Origin: an uncultured bacterium
GTDB lineage: Bacteria > CSSED10-310 > CAZUFC01
Direction of reading: 5' to 3'
Length of the DNA stretch: 41,492 nucleotides
Assembly (NCBI GenBank): GCA_964619725.1
Contig: CAZUFC010000073.1
Span: forward strand, 1-41,492
Positions 10,505-21,397 of the stretch are shown piece after piece. Each line of letters starts with the position of its first letter. Position 1 is the first letter of the stretch. The translations under genes and the position numbers were made by a program. The notes beneath the pieces are model-generated. The model searched no databases. It had not been told where the DNA came from and worked only from the letters and a program-made list of their open reading frames with translations.

Positions 10505-10572
10505 GGGGTTCTCCATTACGCCGATTTTCATAACGAGACAAATTTTAACCGGCGCTTGATGATTCCCTCCGC

Positions 10573-12318
10573 TTATATTCCTCTCTTGGCGACGAATATA
10601 GCGGCGGATTCGGCGGGAAGGAAAATGCCGTGGTCGGTCATTCTGCATTTTTCATGAGAGACCAGGGCAATTTTTTTATTTTTTAGTTCTTCGCAGGGGA
10701 TAATTTGATCTGCATGGGAAAAATTGCATGCCGTGATTGCGTGGTTGCGTTTGATGATCATCCATCGTCTTTTTTCGTCAAAGTCTACCCTGGCGTTGTT
10801 CAGGTCATCATTGAGTAAATCGGGGGTATTGCGTCGCAGTCTGATAAGCGAGCGATGCCATTGAAACATTTCGTTGTGAGGGCTTTTGGAAAGTTCGTTC
10901 CAGTTCAGTTTTGATTTTCGGAAGGTTTGTTCGGACTGGGGGTCTGGTATTTGATGCGGTTCCCAGTCGAACCCGGCGAATTCTTCACGTCGGCCTTTTC
11001 TTACGGCTTCAGCGAGATCGGGGTCCTGGTGGTCGGTGAAGTAGAGAAAAGGCGTTGAGGCGGCCCATTCTTCTCCTTGAAAAAGCATTGGAATGAAGGG
11101 CGAGGTGAGAACTACGGCGGCGCCTATTTTCAGCAAACCCTGCGATATCGACCGGCTTATGCGGTCGCCTGCGGCCCTGTTTCCGATCTGATCGTGGTTC
11201 TGCAGACAGCATATGAAACGATGAGCCGGCAGGTCTACGGCGGAACGTCCGTGAAAACGGCGACGGTATTTTGAATATTTACCGTCGTAGACGAATCCTC
11301 TGGTCAGGACACTGGCCAGGTCTTCCAACTGACCGAAGTCCTGATAATATCCGTCCTGTTCTCCCGTCAGCACAGCGTGCAGGGCGTGATGAAAGTCTTC
11401 GTTCCATTGAGCGTGAATGCCGTATCCTCCGGCTTCAGGGGAACGGATAATGCGTGGGTCGTTCAAATCGCTTTCCGCTATGAGAAGCAACGGTCGGTCG
11501 AGTTCAGCTTCCAGTTTTCTCGTTTCAGCGGCCAACTGCTCCAGAAAATGAACGGCTGAGGTATCGAAAATTGCATGGACGGCATCGATACGCAGCCCGT
11601 CCATGTGATAATCCCTGAACCACATCAAGGCATTGTCGATAAAGAATCTTCTTACCTGATCGCTTTCCGGGCCGTCGAGATTGACCGCTTCGCCCCAGGG
11701 AGTGGAATAACGGCCGGTGAAATAGGGTCCGAACATACGGAGGTAATTTCCGTCCGGTCCCAGATGATTGTATACAACGTCCAGTATAACGGCCAATCCT
11801 CTTCTCCTGCAAGCGTTAACCAGCCTTTTAAGAGCATCGGGCCCTCCGTATGCGTGATGAGGCGCATTAAGGTCCACTCCGTCATATCCCCATCCCCGGA
11901 GGCCCGGAAATTCGGCTGCCGGCATCAGCTCCACATGCGATATTCCCAGGTCTATGAGATGGTCCAGGCGTTCGATGGCCGCATCGTAAGCTCCCTCCGG
12001 CGTGAATGTGCCGGGATGCAGTTCATAGATGACTGCGGCGCCCAGTGTAGGCCGTTTTACTTCTCCATCAGTCCATTCAAAACTGTCATGGTCCGTCCAC
12101 TGCGATGGTCCGTGCACCCCTTCGGGTTGATAGGGGGAACGCGGGTCCGGAAAAGGGCCTTCTCCGTCCACGCGAAAGGCGTATCTGGTTCCATGGTTCA
12201 CAAAGTCTGCATCGATCGTCCACCAGCCCTTATCGTCCTTATGCATGGGATGACGTTCACCCTGGGTTTCCAGTTCGATGATGCGGGCATTCGGCGCCCA
12301 GACGCTAATTCTTGCCAT
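10573..12318 (-). CDS. treZ: Malto-oligosyltrehalose trehalohydrolase (GH13)
   Basis: VWAPNA, WGYDGV, DVVYNHLGPDGNY, GLRIDAVHAI, AESD and QNHDQIGNRA motifs; follows treY. Confidence 0.95.
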   Translation of the reverse strand: MARISVWAPNARIIELETQGERHPMHKDDKGWWTIDADFVNHGTRYAFRVDGEGPFPDPRSPYQPEGVHGPSQWTDHDSFEWTDGEVKRPTLGAAVIYELHPGTFTPEGAYDAAIERLDHLIDLGISHVELMPAAEFPGLRGWGYDGVDLNAPHHAYGGPDALKRLVNACRRRGLAVILDVVYNHLGPDGNYLRMFGPYFTGRYSTPWGEAVNLDGPESDQVRRFFIDNALMWFRDYHMDGLRIDAVHAIFDTSAVHFLEQLAAETRKLEAELDRPLLLIAESDLNDPRIIRSPEAGGYGIHAQWNEDFHHALHAVLTGEQDGYYQDFGQLEDLASVLTRGFVYDGKYSKYRRRFHGRSAVDLPAHRFICCLQNHDQIGNRAAGDRISRSISQGLLKIGAAVVLTSPFIPMLFQGEEWAASTPFLYFTDHQDPDLAEAVRKGRREEFAGFDWEPHQIPDPQSEQTFRKSKLNWNELSKSPHNEMFQWHRSLIRLRRNTPDLLNDDLNNARVDFDEKRRWMIIKRNHAITACNFSHADQIIPCEELKNKKIALVSHEKCRMTDHGIFLPAESAAIFVAKRGI

Positions 12319-12327
12319 ATTTTATCC

Positions 12328-14976
12328 TTATTTTTTCTCGAAAAGTCCTACAGGAAAAAGTTTCAAGAGCGTTTGAAGTCTGACGGGACCGCCTTCGATC
12401 TCATCACCTGTTAATATGTTTCGCCACTCTCCTTCCGGCAACTCCATAAACGTTCCTTCCCAATCGTCGTCAAACCTCATCACAAGCCGGGGCGCAACGG
12501 AAACGCTCTCTTCTGCCCGAACGAACGCAATCACATGACGCGCTTTGGGTCCTTCTGCATACAACGGACGATATGATGCTCCGGCGCCGAAGAGTTCCGG
12601 TCTTCTCCGGCGGAACTGCAAGGCTCGATAAATCAACCACATTTTGGGCGCGCCTTCATCCATCCTGGCCATAATATCTTCCGTCAAAAGTGATTTTAAT
12701 TCTTTCAACAGCTCTCTGCGGCGGGAAAAATCGACCGGCCGTCTATTGTCAGGGTCAACCAGGCTCAAGTCCCATAATTCGGAGCCCTGGTAAACGTCCG
12801 GCACGCCCGGCGCCGTGAGTTTAATCAAGGTCAGCGCGAGAGAGTTGATCCTTCCGGGACGCTCCAGTTTTTTGACGAAACTCTCCAGATCGGCCATAAA
12901 GACTTCATCACCCATAACAGTTTTTATGAAATTTTGCAGACGAAGCTCATATTCTTCATTCTGCTGGGTCCAGGAAGTATGCATTTTTGCTTCCCGTACC
13001 GCCTTCTCCATGTAGGCGCTGACGCGTTCCAGGCTGATGGGCCAAGCGCCGACCAGCGTCTGGTACAGGAGATACTCGGTATTTCTCTCCGGCCATTTTT
13101 TGTAACGCCTGCTCTTGTTGTGTTCCGTCCATCTTCGCACCGTTTCAGTCCACTCTTCGGGGATTTCGGACAGTAAAGCGAGACGGGCGCGAACATCTTC
13201 GCTTCGTTTTGTGTCATGAGTCGTAGTTGCAAGCATCGAATCAGGCCGCTCCCGGCATGCTTCTTCACAAGCCTTGTGAAATTGAAGCGGTTCGACTCCG
13301 AACCGGTCCGGCTCCTGTCCCACTTCATTCAGGGCAACCAGGCGGTTATAACGGTATAATGCCGTATCCTCGACCCCCTTGGCCATGGCCGGTCCCGTCA
13401 ACTGCTGAAATCGCATGGCCAGAGCGTTTTCCTGCGGGCCTTTTATCTTAAGAAGCAGCAGATTCTTTAAAAAACGGAACAGTTCGGGGTCCAGGTCTTC
13501 CCGTTTTTCAATAGCCTTGTCGATGGCCTTTCCGACATAATATTCGTCTTCTTTCCTGACCAGGTTCCTGGGAGCGCAAACATAAGACCTGTATACCGGA
13601 AAGTAGACGGCCGTTTCCAGAAGGGCTTCACGCAGATCGTAACGCGTATAATCCCTGTGCCTCCGGTGCCGTTCGCATACATCGACGAAAAGGCTTGTCA
13701 GACGGTTAAGTTCGCTGCCCAACAGTTCAGAAAGCGCCAGGTTCTTGCATTGTTCTACCGATACCTCAAAATCCGTTTCTTCTCCTGTAAACTCTTCATA
13801 AATGCGAGTCACAGCTTCTTCATTCCGGCTTTCGATGAAGAGCCCGTCCACCAGATTCATGAAATCGTAGCCGGTCGTTCCCGCTATGGGCCACTCGGAG
13901 GGTATTTTCTCTCCCGGCATAAGTATCTTTTCAGCGACGATCCAGGCTTCGGGACAGGCTTCGCGGAGTCTCTGGAAATAAATCCAGGGATTGCGCAAAC
14001 CGTCGGGGTGATCGATTCGCAGTCCCTGCACCCAGCCTTTGTGTACCCAGGATATGGGCAGGGCGTGCGTGTCGTTGAAAACTTCAATATCCTCAACCCG
14101 TAATCCCGCCAGCTCGTTTATGTCGAAAAACCTCCGGTATCCCAGGTCTCTGCTGGCCGTGCGCCAGTAAGCCAAACGATAGTTCTGCTGATCGATGAGC
14201 GCATCCATGGCTTCCGGATCGCCGTTCAAACGCTCGATCTCATCGTTTATGGCCTCAGCGCTTTCGGGCTCCTCCTGCATAACCCTTTTCATCAGCTTAA
14301 CCAGGACCGCCTTATCCCGATGACGTCTTTCTATCGCCTGTCGAGCCGTAACCGTGGGCCGCGGCAACCTGGCGTGACTTTCCGCCAGAAACGCCGCCGT
14401 ATCCGATCCGCAAGCCTCAGCCGCTCTTCCCAGCAAATCTCCCAAACTGGAAGGATCAATCGGAAAAATATGCTCATAATAGTGGAGAACGAATATTCCA
14501 TTCTCCTGGGTGAGTTGAAGCTGTCCATCCTCCAGGATTCTGCCGTAATGATCGCCCAGAACCGGCAACAGCACCTTGTTCGGCCAGCGCTCTTCAGAAG
14601 ATTCCCAGTCCACGTCGAAATAACTCGCATACCGGCTTGCCGGACCGTTTTCCAGCACATCCCACCACCAGGGATTCTGTCTGCCCGCGATAGCCATATG
14701 ATTGGGAACCATATCGATCATGTGCCCTAAACCTGCAGACTGCAATTTCCGGCACAGCCGCGCATGCGCTTCAGCGCCTCCAAGCTCCTCATTCACCCGG
14801 CTCGGGTCCGTCATGTCATAACCGTGCTCGCTGCCTGATGCGGCCTGCAGATAAGGTGAAGTATACAGATGACTGATGCCCAGTTCTTTCAGGTAAAAAA
14901 TTATTTCAGCGGCCTGCTCGAATCCGAAATCCGGCCGCAACTGAATGCGATATGTCGCCGTGAGACGTGGGCGCAT
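12328..14976 (-). CDS. treY: Malto-oligosyltrehalose synthase
   Basis: ATYRIQ, VPNHM, YRRFFD, GLRIDHPDGL, AKGVEDTALYRY, THDTKRSEDVRAR and LVDPDNRRPVD motifs. Confidence 0.96.
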   Translation of the reverse strand: MRPRLTATYRIQLRPDFGFEQAAEIIFYLKELGISHLYTSPYLQAASGSEHGYDMTDPSRVNEELGGAEAHARLCRKLQSAGLGHMIDMVPNHMAIAGRQNPWWWDVLENGPASRYASYFDVDWESSEERWPNKVLLPVLGDHYGRILEDGQLQLTQENGIFVLHYYEHIFPIDPSSLGDLLGRAAEACGSDTAAFLAESHARLPRPTVTARQAIERRHRDKAVLVKLMKRVMQEEPESAEAINDEIERLNGDPEAMDALIDQQNYRLAYWRTASRDLGYRRFFDINELAGLRVEDIEVFNDTHALPISWVHKGWVQGLRIDHPDGLRNPWIYFQRLREACPEAWIVAEKILMPGEKIPSEWPIAGTTGYDFMNLVDGLFIESRNEEAVTRIYEEFTGEETDFEVSVEQCKNLALSELLGSELNRLTSLFVDVCERHRRHRDYTRYDLREALLETAVYFPVYRSYVCAPRNLVRKEDEYYVGKAIDKAIEKREDLDPELFRFLKNLLLLKIKGPQENALAMRFQQLTGPAMAKGVEDTALYRYNRLVALNEVGQEPDRFGVEPLQFHKACEEACRERPDSMLATTTHDTKRSEDVRARLALLSEIPEEWTETVRRWTEHNKSRRYKKWPERNTEYLLYQTLVGAWPISLERVSAYMEKAVREAKMHTSWTQQNEEYELRLQNFIKTVMGDEVFMADLESFVKKLERPGRINSLALTLIKLTAPGVPDVYQGSELWDLSLVDPDNRRPVDFSRRRELLKELKSLLTEDIMARMDEGAPKMWLIYRALQFRRRRPELFGAGASYRPLYAEGPKARHVIAFVRAEESVSVAPRLVMRFDDDWEGTFMELPEGEWRNILTGDEIEGGPVRLQTLLKLFPVGLFEKK

Positions 14977-14985
14977 AAACAGCTC

Positions 14986-15438
14986 CTACTCCATAGTTAA
15001 ATCAAACCTGACTTCAAAGGACCCGAGCAGGTCGATATACTGTTCCATCAATCTTGAAAGCAAAAATTTGTTTATGACTGTTTTCCGTGCCCGTCGCCCC
15101 ATTTTTTCCCGTAATTCAGCATGCTTCAACAAGGTGACTGTTCGGTCCGCAGCCTCATCCACGCTTGACACGAAAAAACCGTTGTGTCTGTCCTCTATCT
15201 GCAAGGGAATACCTCCGGCTTTGCCGCCGATGACCGGCGTGCCCTTCCAGATAGCCTCAGCAACCGTCAATCCGAAGCCTTCCCGCAGCGACTTCTGAAG
15301 CGCCACAGCCGCCGACCGTTGCAGCGCATTCACAAGCGCCGTGTCATGCCTTGAAATTACTGTAATTTCATCGACCGCTTCACTTCCGAGGTAATGTTCG
15401 TAATCCTGCAAACCCATCATTTTTACAGGAGCATTCAT
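14986..15438 (-). pseudogene. treT: Internally deleted trehalose synthase TreT (GT4); reading frame intact
   Basis: TreT-like N-terminus (LQDYEHYLGSEAVDEI) joined directly to the C-terminal part (VNALQR..QKSLREGFGLTVAEAIWKGTPVIGG); 150 aa versus about 400 typical. ATGA overlap with glgX. Confidence 0.75.
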
Positions 15439-17567
15439 AACCTGTTTATTACCTCCATTTCATCACCATTAAAAGACCGCAACACGCATAACGTCCGGTC
15501 CTTCACTTCAATTTCTTCTTCCGCTTCATGTTGTGAGCCTTCATCCTCTCTCCAGCCGGAATCCGTGTCGAACACAAGTTCCCAAAGATCACTCCACTTT
15601 CGTGAAGGCAATTTGAACCGCAGAGGTTCGAAATGAGCATTGACGATTATATAAAAATCTTCATCAGTCGTCGGTTCTCCCCGAGGATGCGGATTCGGGA
15701 TGGTCTGACCGTTTAGAAAAATACCCAGGGATTTGGCGAATCCCTGTCGCCAATCATCCTCAGACATCTGCCTGCCGTCCATTGTAAACCAGGCAATGTC
15801 CCTGACTTCGCTTCCGTAAATCGATCGCCCCTGAAACCAGCCGCGGCGCCGGAAAACCGGATGGTTGTGTCTTAACCGGATAAGCTTCCGACAGAAAACC
15901 AGCAAATCTTCATCTATATTTTCCCAATCGTAATATGATAATTCATTGTCCTGGCAGTAAGCATTGTTGTTGCCTTTCTGAGTGCGTCCGAGTTCATCTC
16001 CGCCCAGCAACATGGGTACGCCCTGGGAAAGCATCAGCGTAGCGAGAAAATTGCGCTTCTGACGTTTCCGCAATCGATTCACTTCCGGAGCCTCAGAAGG
16101 CCCTTCCTCCCCGCAGTTCCATGACCGGTTGTAATCTTCACCGTCCTGGTTCTCTTCTCCGTTAGCTTGATTATGTTTTTCATTATAGGAAACCAGGTCG
16201 TTCAAAGTGAAGCCGTCGTGAGCCGTGATGAAATTGATGCTGGCGTAAGGCAAACGCCCGGTGTTTTCATAAAGGTCTGAGCTGCCTGTGAAACGTGAAG
16301 CGAATTCTCCCAGCAACTTATCTTCTCCGCGCCAGAAGTCCCGCATGCAATCCCTGTATTTGCCGTTCCATTCGGTCCATACCGGCGGGAAAGCGCCGAC
16401 CTGGTATCCGCCCTCTCCCACATCCCAGGGTTCCGCTATCAGCTTAACCTGGCTGATTACCGGGTCCTGCTGAATAATATCAAAAAATGCGGAAAGCCGG
16501 TCCACATCGTGCAACTCCCGGGCAAGAGCGGCCGCCAGATCAAATCGAAAACCGTCCACATGCATCTCCAGGACCCAATAACGCAGCGAGTCCATAATAA
16601 GTTGCAGGACGTGAGGATTCCTCATATTCAAAGTATTGCCGGTGCCCGTATAATCCATGTAATAACGTTGATCTTCGGTAAGCCGGTAATAATAGGCATT
16701 GTCTATGCCTTTGAAGCACAGCATGGGTCCCAGGTGATTTCCCTCAGCCGTATGATTGTAAACGACGTCCAGAATTACTTCTATGCCTGCCTGATGCAGC
16801 ATCTTGACCATTTGCTTGAATTCCGCAACCGCTGCGCCGGGTCTCTTATCATAGGCATATTCATTGTGCGGGGCAAAATATGCTATGGAATTGTATCCCC
16901 AGTAATTACGCAACCCTCTGTCCGTGAGAATCCTGTCATGAATGAAATAATGTACCGGCATCAGCTCCAGGGTCGTGATGCCGAGTCTCTTGAAATACTG
17001 GATCATTGCCGGCTGCGCCAATCCCGCATAGGTTCCCCTCAATTCAGGAGCGATATCCGGATGCCTGGCCGTTATGCCTTTTACATGAGTCTCATAAATG
17101 ATGGTCTCATGCCAGGGAATCTGCAGTTTCCGGTCGCCTTGCCAGTTAAAATAGGGCTGATTCACTATGCATCGCGGCATATAAGGAGCGCTGTCGCCGT
17201 CATTTTTCGACTCCGGCCCCTCCTTGAAATTGTAAGGAAAAACCGCTTCATTCCATCTGACCTGGCCCTCTACGGCTTTAGCATAAGGGTCCAGCAGAAG
17301 TTTAGCCGGATTGCATCGGTGTCCCTCTTCAGGAGTCCAGGGACCGTAAACGCGGTAGCCGTAACGCCGGCCCGGCTCGACCGCCGGCAAATAACAATGC
17401 CGGACATATCCCGTCATTTCGGTCATTTCAATTCGAGTCTCCCGGTCGTCGTCATCGAAAAGACAGAGTGCGACTCGATCCGCAATATCCGAAAATAAGG
17501 CGAAATTGGTCCCTGCCCCGTCATAGCAAGCTCCCAGAGGATATGAAGTTCCCGGCCATACTTTCAT
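15435..17567 (-). CDS. glgX: Glycogen debranching enzyme (GlgX/TreX)
   Basis: YPLGA, NYWGYN, DVVYNHTAEG, DGFRFDLA, AEPWD, HDGFTL and GNNNAYCQD motifs. Confidence 0.96.
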   Translation of the reverse strand: MKVWPGTSYPLGACYDGAGTNFALFSDIADRVALCLFDDDDRETRIEMTEMTGYVRHCYLPAVEPGRRYGYRVYGPWTPEEGHRCNPAKLLLDPYAKAVEGQVRWNEAVFPYNFKEGPESKNDGDSAPYMPRCIVNQPYFNWQGDRKLQIPWHETIIYETHVKGITARHPDIAPELRGTYAGLAQPAMIQYFKRLGITTLELMPVHYFIHDRILTDRGLRNYWGYNSIAYFAPHNEYAYDKRPGAAVAEFKQMVKMLHQAGIEVILDVVYNHTAEGNHLGPMLCFKGIDNAYYYRLTEDQRYYMDYTGTGNTLNMRNPHVLQLIMDSLRYWVLEMHVDGFRFDLAAALARELHDVDRLSAFFDIIQQDPVISQVKLIAEPWDVGEGGYQVGAFPPVWTEWNGKYRDCMRDFWRGEDKLLGEFASRFTGSSDLYENTGRLPYASINFITAHDGFTLNDLVSYNEKHNQANGEENQDGEDYNRSWNCGEEGPSEAPEVNRLRKRQKRNFLATLMLSQGVPMLLGGDELGRTQKGNNNAYCQDNELSYYDWENIDEDLLVFCRKLIRLRHNHPVFRRRGWFQGRSIYGSEVRDIAWFTMDGRQMSEDDWRQGFAKSLGIFLNGQTIPNPHPRGEPTTDEDFYIIVNAHFEPLRFKLPSRKWSDLWELVFDTDSGWREDEGSQHEAEEEIEVKDRTLCVLRSFNGDEMEVINRL

Positions 17568-17834
17568 TTCGTTTCTCCTTGAAAAATCCGCCCTGTAAAA
17601 GATCGCGATTTCAATATGAAGACGCTGCTGTTTTCTCTCCAGAATCCCTGCACTGCATTATTCCCTACTAATTTTTTCAGGCCGGTGTCAAGTTTTTTAC
17701 CTATTATTGTCATCAATGCAATGCGTGACGGTGACGATTACCGCCCCTCATTTCTTCAGTATCTGATATTTTAAATTGAGTAACGGAAAGACGTGATCAT
17801 GCCGCCCGGCCTGTGAAGGCTTGACTCGCTCGAA

Positions 17835-19517
17835 TTAAAACATACCCGTAATGCGTCCTTTTTCGTCAACATCCATTCCTTCCGCAACCGGAATCTTAGG
17901 TAATCCCGGCATAGTCATGACGTTGCCCAGGTAGGCTACGACGAATCCTGCTCCGGCAGCAGCCTTGAGTCCCCTGACTTTTATCCTGAATCCGGTCGGT
18001 CTTCCTATCAGCTTCGGATCATCGCTCAGGGACAACGGCGTTTTAGCCATACACACCGGCCAACCGGCCATTCCGTATTCATTGATCTGCTGTAACTGCA
18101 CCTCCGCGCTGTCCGTAAAATCCACCCCGTCCGCTCCGTATATTTCTGTCGCGACAGCCGTTATTTTTTCTCGAATTCCCTGGTCCGAATCATAGAGAAA
18201 TTTAAAACGTTCCGAAGCGGCATCCTTTGTGACTTTTATTATTTGTTCGGCTGCTTCCGTGCCTCCGGCGCCGCACATTTTCCAGACATCCGAAACCGTA
18301 ATGGGAACGCACTCGCAGTCGCAGAGTTCCCTGATCATTTCTATTTCTTCGTCCGTATCGCCTTCGAAACGATTGATAACCACAACAACAGGCAGATTGA
18401 ATTTTTTCATGTTTCGCACATGTTTTTCCAGATTCCCCAATCCGCGCTTCATCGCCTCCTTATCCTGCACATCCAGGCGCTTCAGGGGGACTCCGCCGTG
18501 CATCTTCAGCGCTCTTGCCGTAGCTACTATTACCGCTGCGTCCGGTTTCAGGTTACCCATTCGGCATTTGATGTTGAGGAATTTTTCGCCGCCCAGGTCC
18601 GCCCCGAAACCTGCTTCCGTTATGACGTAATCGGCCAGTTTAAGCGCGCATTTCGTGGCTATGAGGCTGTTGCAGCCGTGAGCTATGTTGGCGAAGGGGC
18701 CGCCGTGAAATAGAGCCGGCGTGTGTTCATATGTTTGAACCAGGTTCGGTTTTAAGGCATTTTTCAGCAAAGCCGTCATAGCGCCTTGAACATTCAGTTT
18801 ATCAGCTCTTACCGGTTCTCCCCTCCTGTCGAAACCGAAAATGATATTTCCAAGCTTTCGCTTCAATTCGTCATAATTGATTGATAAACAAAGCACTGCC
18901 ATAACCTCGGACGCCGCCGTAATCTCAAATCCCGACATGTAAGCCCCGCGGCTTCGGGGTTTACCTGCGGGATGTATTATTATCCTTCGCAGCGCACGGT
19001 CGTTCATGTCCATGACACGCTTCCAGGTTATACTTTCCGTGTCTATGTCCAGCGTATTGCCGTGAAATATATGATTGTCTATCGCCGCAGACAGTAAATT
19101 GTTGGCCGACGTCACAGCATGAATATCACCAGTAAAATGGAGATTGATATTCTCGATGGGTACGGCTTGAGCGCAACCTCCGCCCGTCGCTCCCCCTTTC
19201 ACGCCGAACAACGGACCCAATGAAGGCTCTCTTAATGCGATGATCGATCTCTTGCCCAGCAACCCGAACGCCTGCCCCAGACCTACCGTCGTGGTGGTCT
19301 TGCCTTCGCCTGCCGGAGTCGGATTGATCGCCGTCACCAGGATTAATTTACCGTCCGGTTCATCTCTTAATTTTTCCAGTACGTTTAACGATACTTTCGC
19401 GGTATACGCCCCGTACATCTCCAGGTCATCCCTTTCAATCCCCAGGCCGCTCGCTATATCATAGATCGGTTTCGGCACAGCCCTGAACGCCGCCTCCGCC
19501 TCCGAATACTCTTTCAT
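17835..19517 (-). CDS. fhs: Formate--tetrahydrofolate ligase
   Basis: TPAGEGKTT, REPSLGP, GGPFANIAHG, TEAGFGADLG and MTMPGLP motifs. Confidence 0.97.
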   Translation of the reverse strand: MKEYSEAEAAFRAVPKPIYDIASGLGIERDDLEMYGAYTAKVSLNVLEKLRDEPDGKLILVTAINPTPAGEGKTTTTVGLGQAFGLLGKRSIIALREPSLGPLFGVKGGATGGGCAQAVPIENINLHFTGDIHAVTSANNLLSAAIDNHIFHGNTLDIDTESITWKRVMDMNDRALRRIIIHPAGKPRSRGAYMSGFEITAASEVMAVLCLSINYDELKRKLGNIIFGFDRRGEPVRADKLNVQGAMTALLKNALKPNLVQTYEHTPALFHGGPFANIAHGCNSLIATKCALKLADYVITEAGFGADLGGEKFLNIKCRMGNLKPDAAVIVATARALKMHGGVPLKRLDVQDKEAMKRGLGNLEKHVRNMKKFNLPVVVVINRFEGDTDEEIEMIRELCDCECVPITVSDVWKMCGAGGTEAAEQIIKVTKDAASERFKFLYDSDQGIREKITAVATEIYGADGVDFTDSAEVQLQQINEYGMAGWPVCMAKTPLSLSDDPKLIGRPTGFRIKVRGLKAAAGAGFVVAYLGNVMTMPGLPKIPVAEGMDVDEKGRITGMF

Positions 19518-19680
19518 GCTTAATGTCCCTCTCTCAGTGGATTCTTCCAGGTTGTCCTTCTCTTCCGTTCAATTCATTAATCGAATGACCCGCTGCTTCA
19601 TCTCGATTAATGTCCCATATTTTAAACAGCCCCTCTGTTTTTCTCAGTTTCAGCATAATATACAACACGAATTCAAAACG

Positions 19681-21108
19681 TCATTTATTCGTTTCCGGCG
19701 GTTCGTCTGCCTGGATGATATTCCAGAACGGACTGTGGTCTTCCGTCTTCTCGAAAGTCCTGTTCTGCATAACGACGGCCGCTGAATCCTCATCCTGGGA
19801 ATCGACCAGGAAAAACGGCGTCTTCACGCCGAAAGGCAAAACGACGCAGGGCGCCGGTTTAAAAGGTTCATAAGGAAAATCCCGTGGAATGTTGGAAACA
19901 TATGACTTCGGTATGGTATGTCCCGCCAGCAGCATATGGTGAGGTTCCAGATTCAGGATTTCCAGGAAACTTCGTACATCCTCCGGCGTGAATCCGTTAG
20001 CCAGAAAACCGGCGGGTCTCCCGAAAGTCAGTTGCAGCCAGGGGTCCGAGAAACTTGTCCTGTCAGGGGACGGCTCCAGATCAATTATATCCTGTAAGGT
20101 CGGCCTCCATCTCTCAGAAGAGCTTGACTTTCCATTCGGATTGTGCAACGGCCCGGCATGCACTGCAGCGAAAGACCTCCCCACGGCGATTATCGGAAGC
20201 CTGTCGTAAATCTCCTTCTGAAGCCTTTCCACCCATTCCTTACCGAGTTTCTCACTCACATATTTACCATAAAGACGGCTCTGATTGACCGCCAACGAAC
20301 AAGCGACCGTCTCATCCTTACCCTCTTCAGGCTTATACAGAAAATATATTTTACCTTCCACGGTCTTGACGAATATTTTTTTTATCCTTTCAGGATTGTC
20401 GTAATGGCGAAAAATAAGAACCTGGCTTTCCGCCTTTCCTTCGATTCTACTGAAAACGTATTTCTCCCCCTGAAAAAGCGTCTCTCGCAGAAAGAATCCT
20501 GAAAAGCTGAATTGTATGGCTTCCGGCGAATCTGAAAACAGACCGTTGAATTCGTTGCCCGGCTTCTGCAACTGAGGCAATTCGGGCGACATGACCCAGA
20601 TCATGTCCATATCCAGAAAAGCAGCTAAATCGTCTCCCGCTATGTTCTGAGGAATAAAAGAAGCTGACTTGCCGAAATCAGGCCCATAGGGCGAACCTAC
20701 CGATTCATGATCTCCCCGCAATAAAACGACGTTGTCGGGACGCTTCAATTTCAAGGGCAGAAGATAATCCGTCAGAAGTTTCAACGAAGACTCCATCTCG
20801 GTCAGGTCTCCCGTTCCCGGATGAGTGAAATCGCCTCCTACTACCAGTCCTATGTTGCCCTTCAGGATACCCGGCAGATATTTTTCCGTCAGCTTCCTGA
20901 AATTATCGAAGTTGTTCCTGTCGGGATGAAGATCACCTATGAATATCGCCTTCTCCGTATGATCGCCGAATCGAAAAACAGAGCCCGGTCGGCTTGAAGA
21001 ATTTCTCGGACGTCTGACGGGATTGGGTTTCAAGTAATATTCCGCAGCATTTTCCAGCAGACCGTATACTTCGTCGCAGGAACGTTCGAAAAAATCGTAA
21101 TAACTCAT
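19681..21108 (-). CDS. Calcineurin-like metallophosphoesterase with a large internal insertion
   Basis: IGDLH, GGDF, LRGDHE, VHAG and GHT motifs. ATG 21108 has a GGAAGG RBS; the ORF is open to 21177. Confidence 0.72.
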   Translation of the reverse strand: MSYYDFFERSCDEVYGLLENAAEYYLKPNPVRRPRNSSSRPGSVFRFGDHTEKAIFIGDLHPDRNNFDNFRKLTEKYLPGILKGNIGLVVGGDFTHPGTGDLTEMESSLKLLTDYLLPLKLKRPDNVVLLRGDHESVGSPYGPDFGKSASFIPQNIAGDDLAAFLDMDMIWVMSPELPQLQKPGNEFNGLFSDSPEAIQFSFSGFFLRETLFQGEKYVFSRIEGKAESQVLIFRHYDNPERIKKIFVKTVEGKIYFLYKPEEGKDETVACSLAVNQSRLYGKYVSEKLGKEWVERLQKEIYDRLPIIAVGRSFAAVHAGPLHNPNGKSSSSERWRPTLQDIIDLEPSPDRTSFSDPWLQLTFGRPAGFLANGFTPEDVRSFLEILNLEPHHMLLAGHTIPKSYVSNIPRDFPYEPFKPAPCVVLPFGVKTPFFLVDSQDEDSAAVVMQNRTFEKTEDHSPFWNIIQADEPPETNK

Positions 21109-21397
21109 AAATGCCTTCCGTTTAATCCCCTGAATTGCGCCTCTTCCAGTCATACACGATTCCTGTTGTCCCAACAATTAACTTCCCACACGACTTCAAA
21201 TAAACGAACGTTTCCCCTTCCCGGTCAACCTGCGGAACCGTCGCCGGACGTCCGGCGCACACTTCATTATAGTACAGAAAACCAGGATGAAAATGCAAAC
21301 ATTTTTCTTGCTGACGGCAGTCAGTTGATGTTAATGTTATGCGGATGATTTCGACGTTCATGTTTTGAGCGGAAATGAAACCAGAGGAGGAAAAAAA

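Noticed and set aside
11575-12414. 279-aa + strand ORF
   Set aside because: Antisense shadow of treZ with no recognisable motifs.
16509-17498. 329-aa + strand ORF
   Set aside because: Antisense shadow of glgX.
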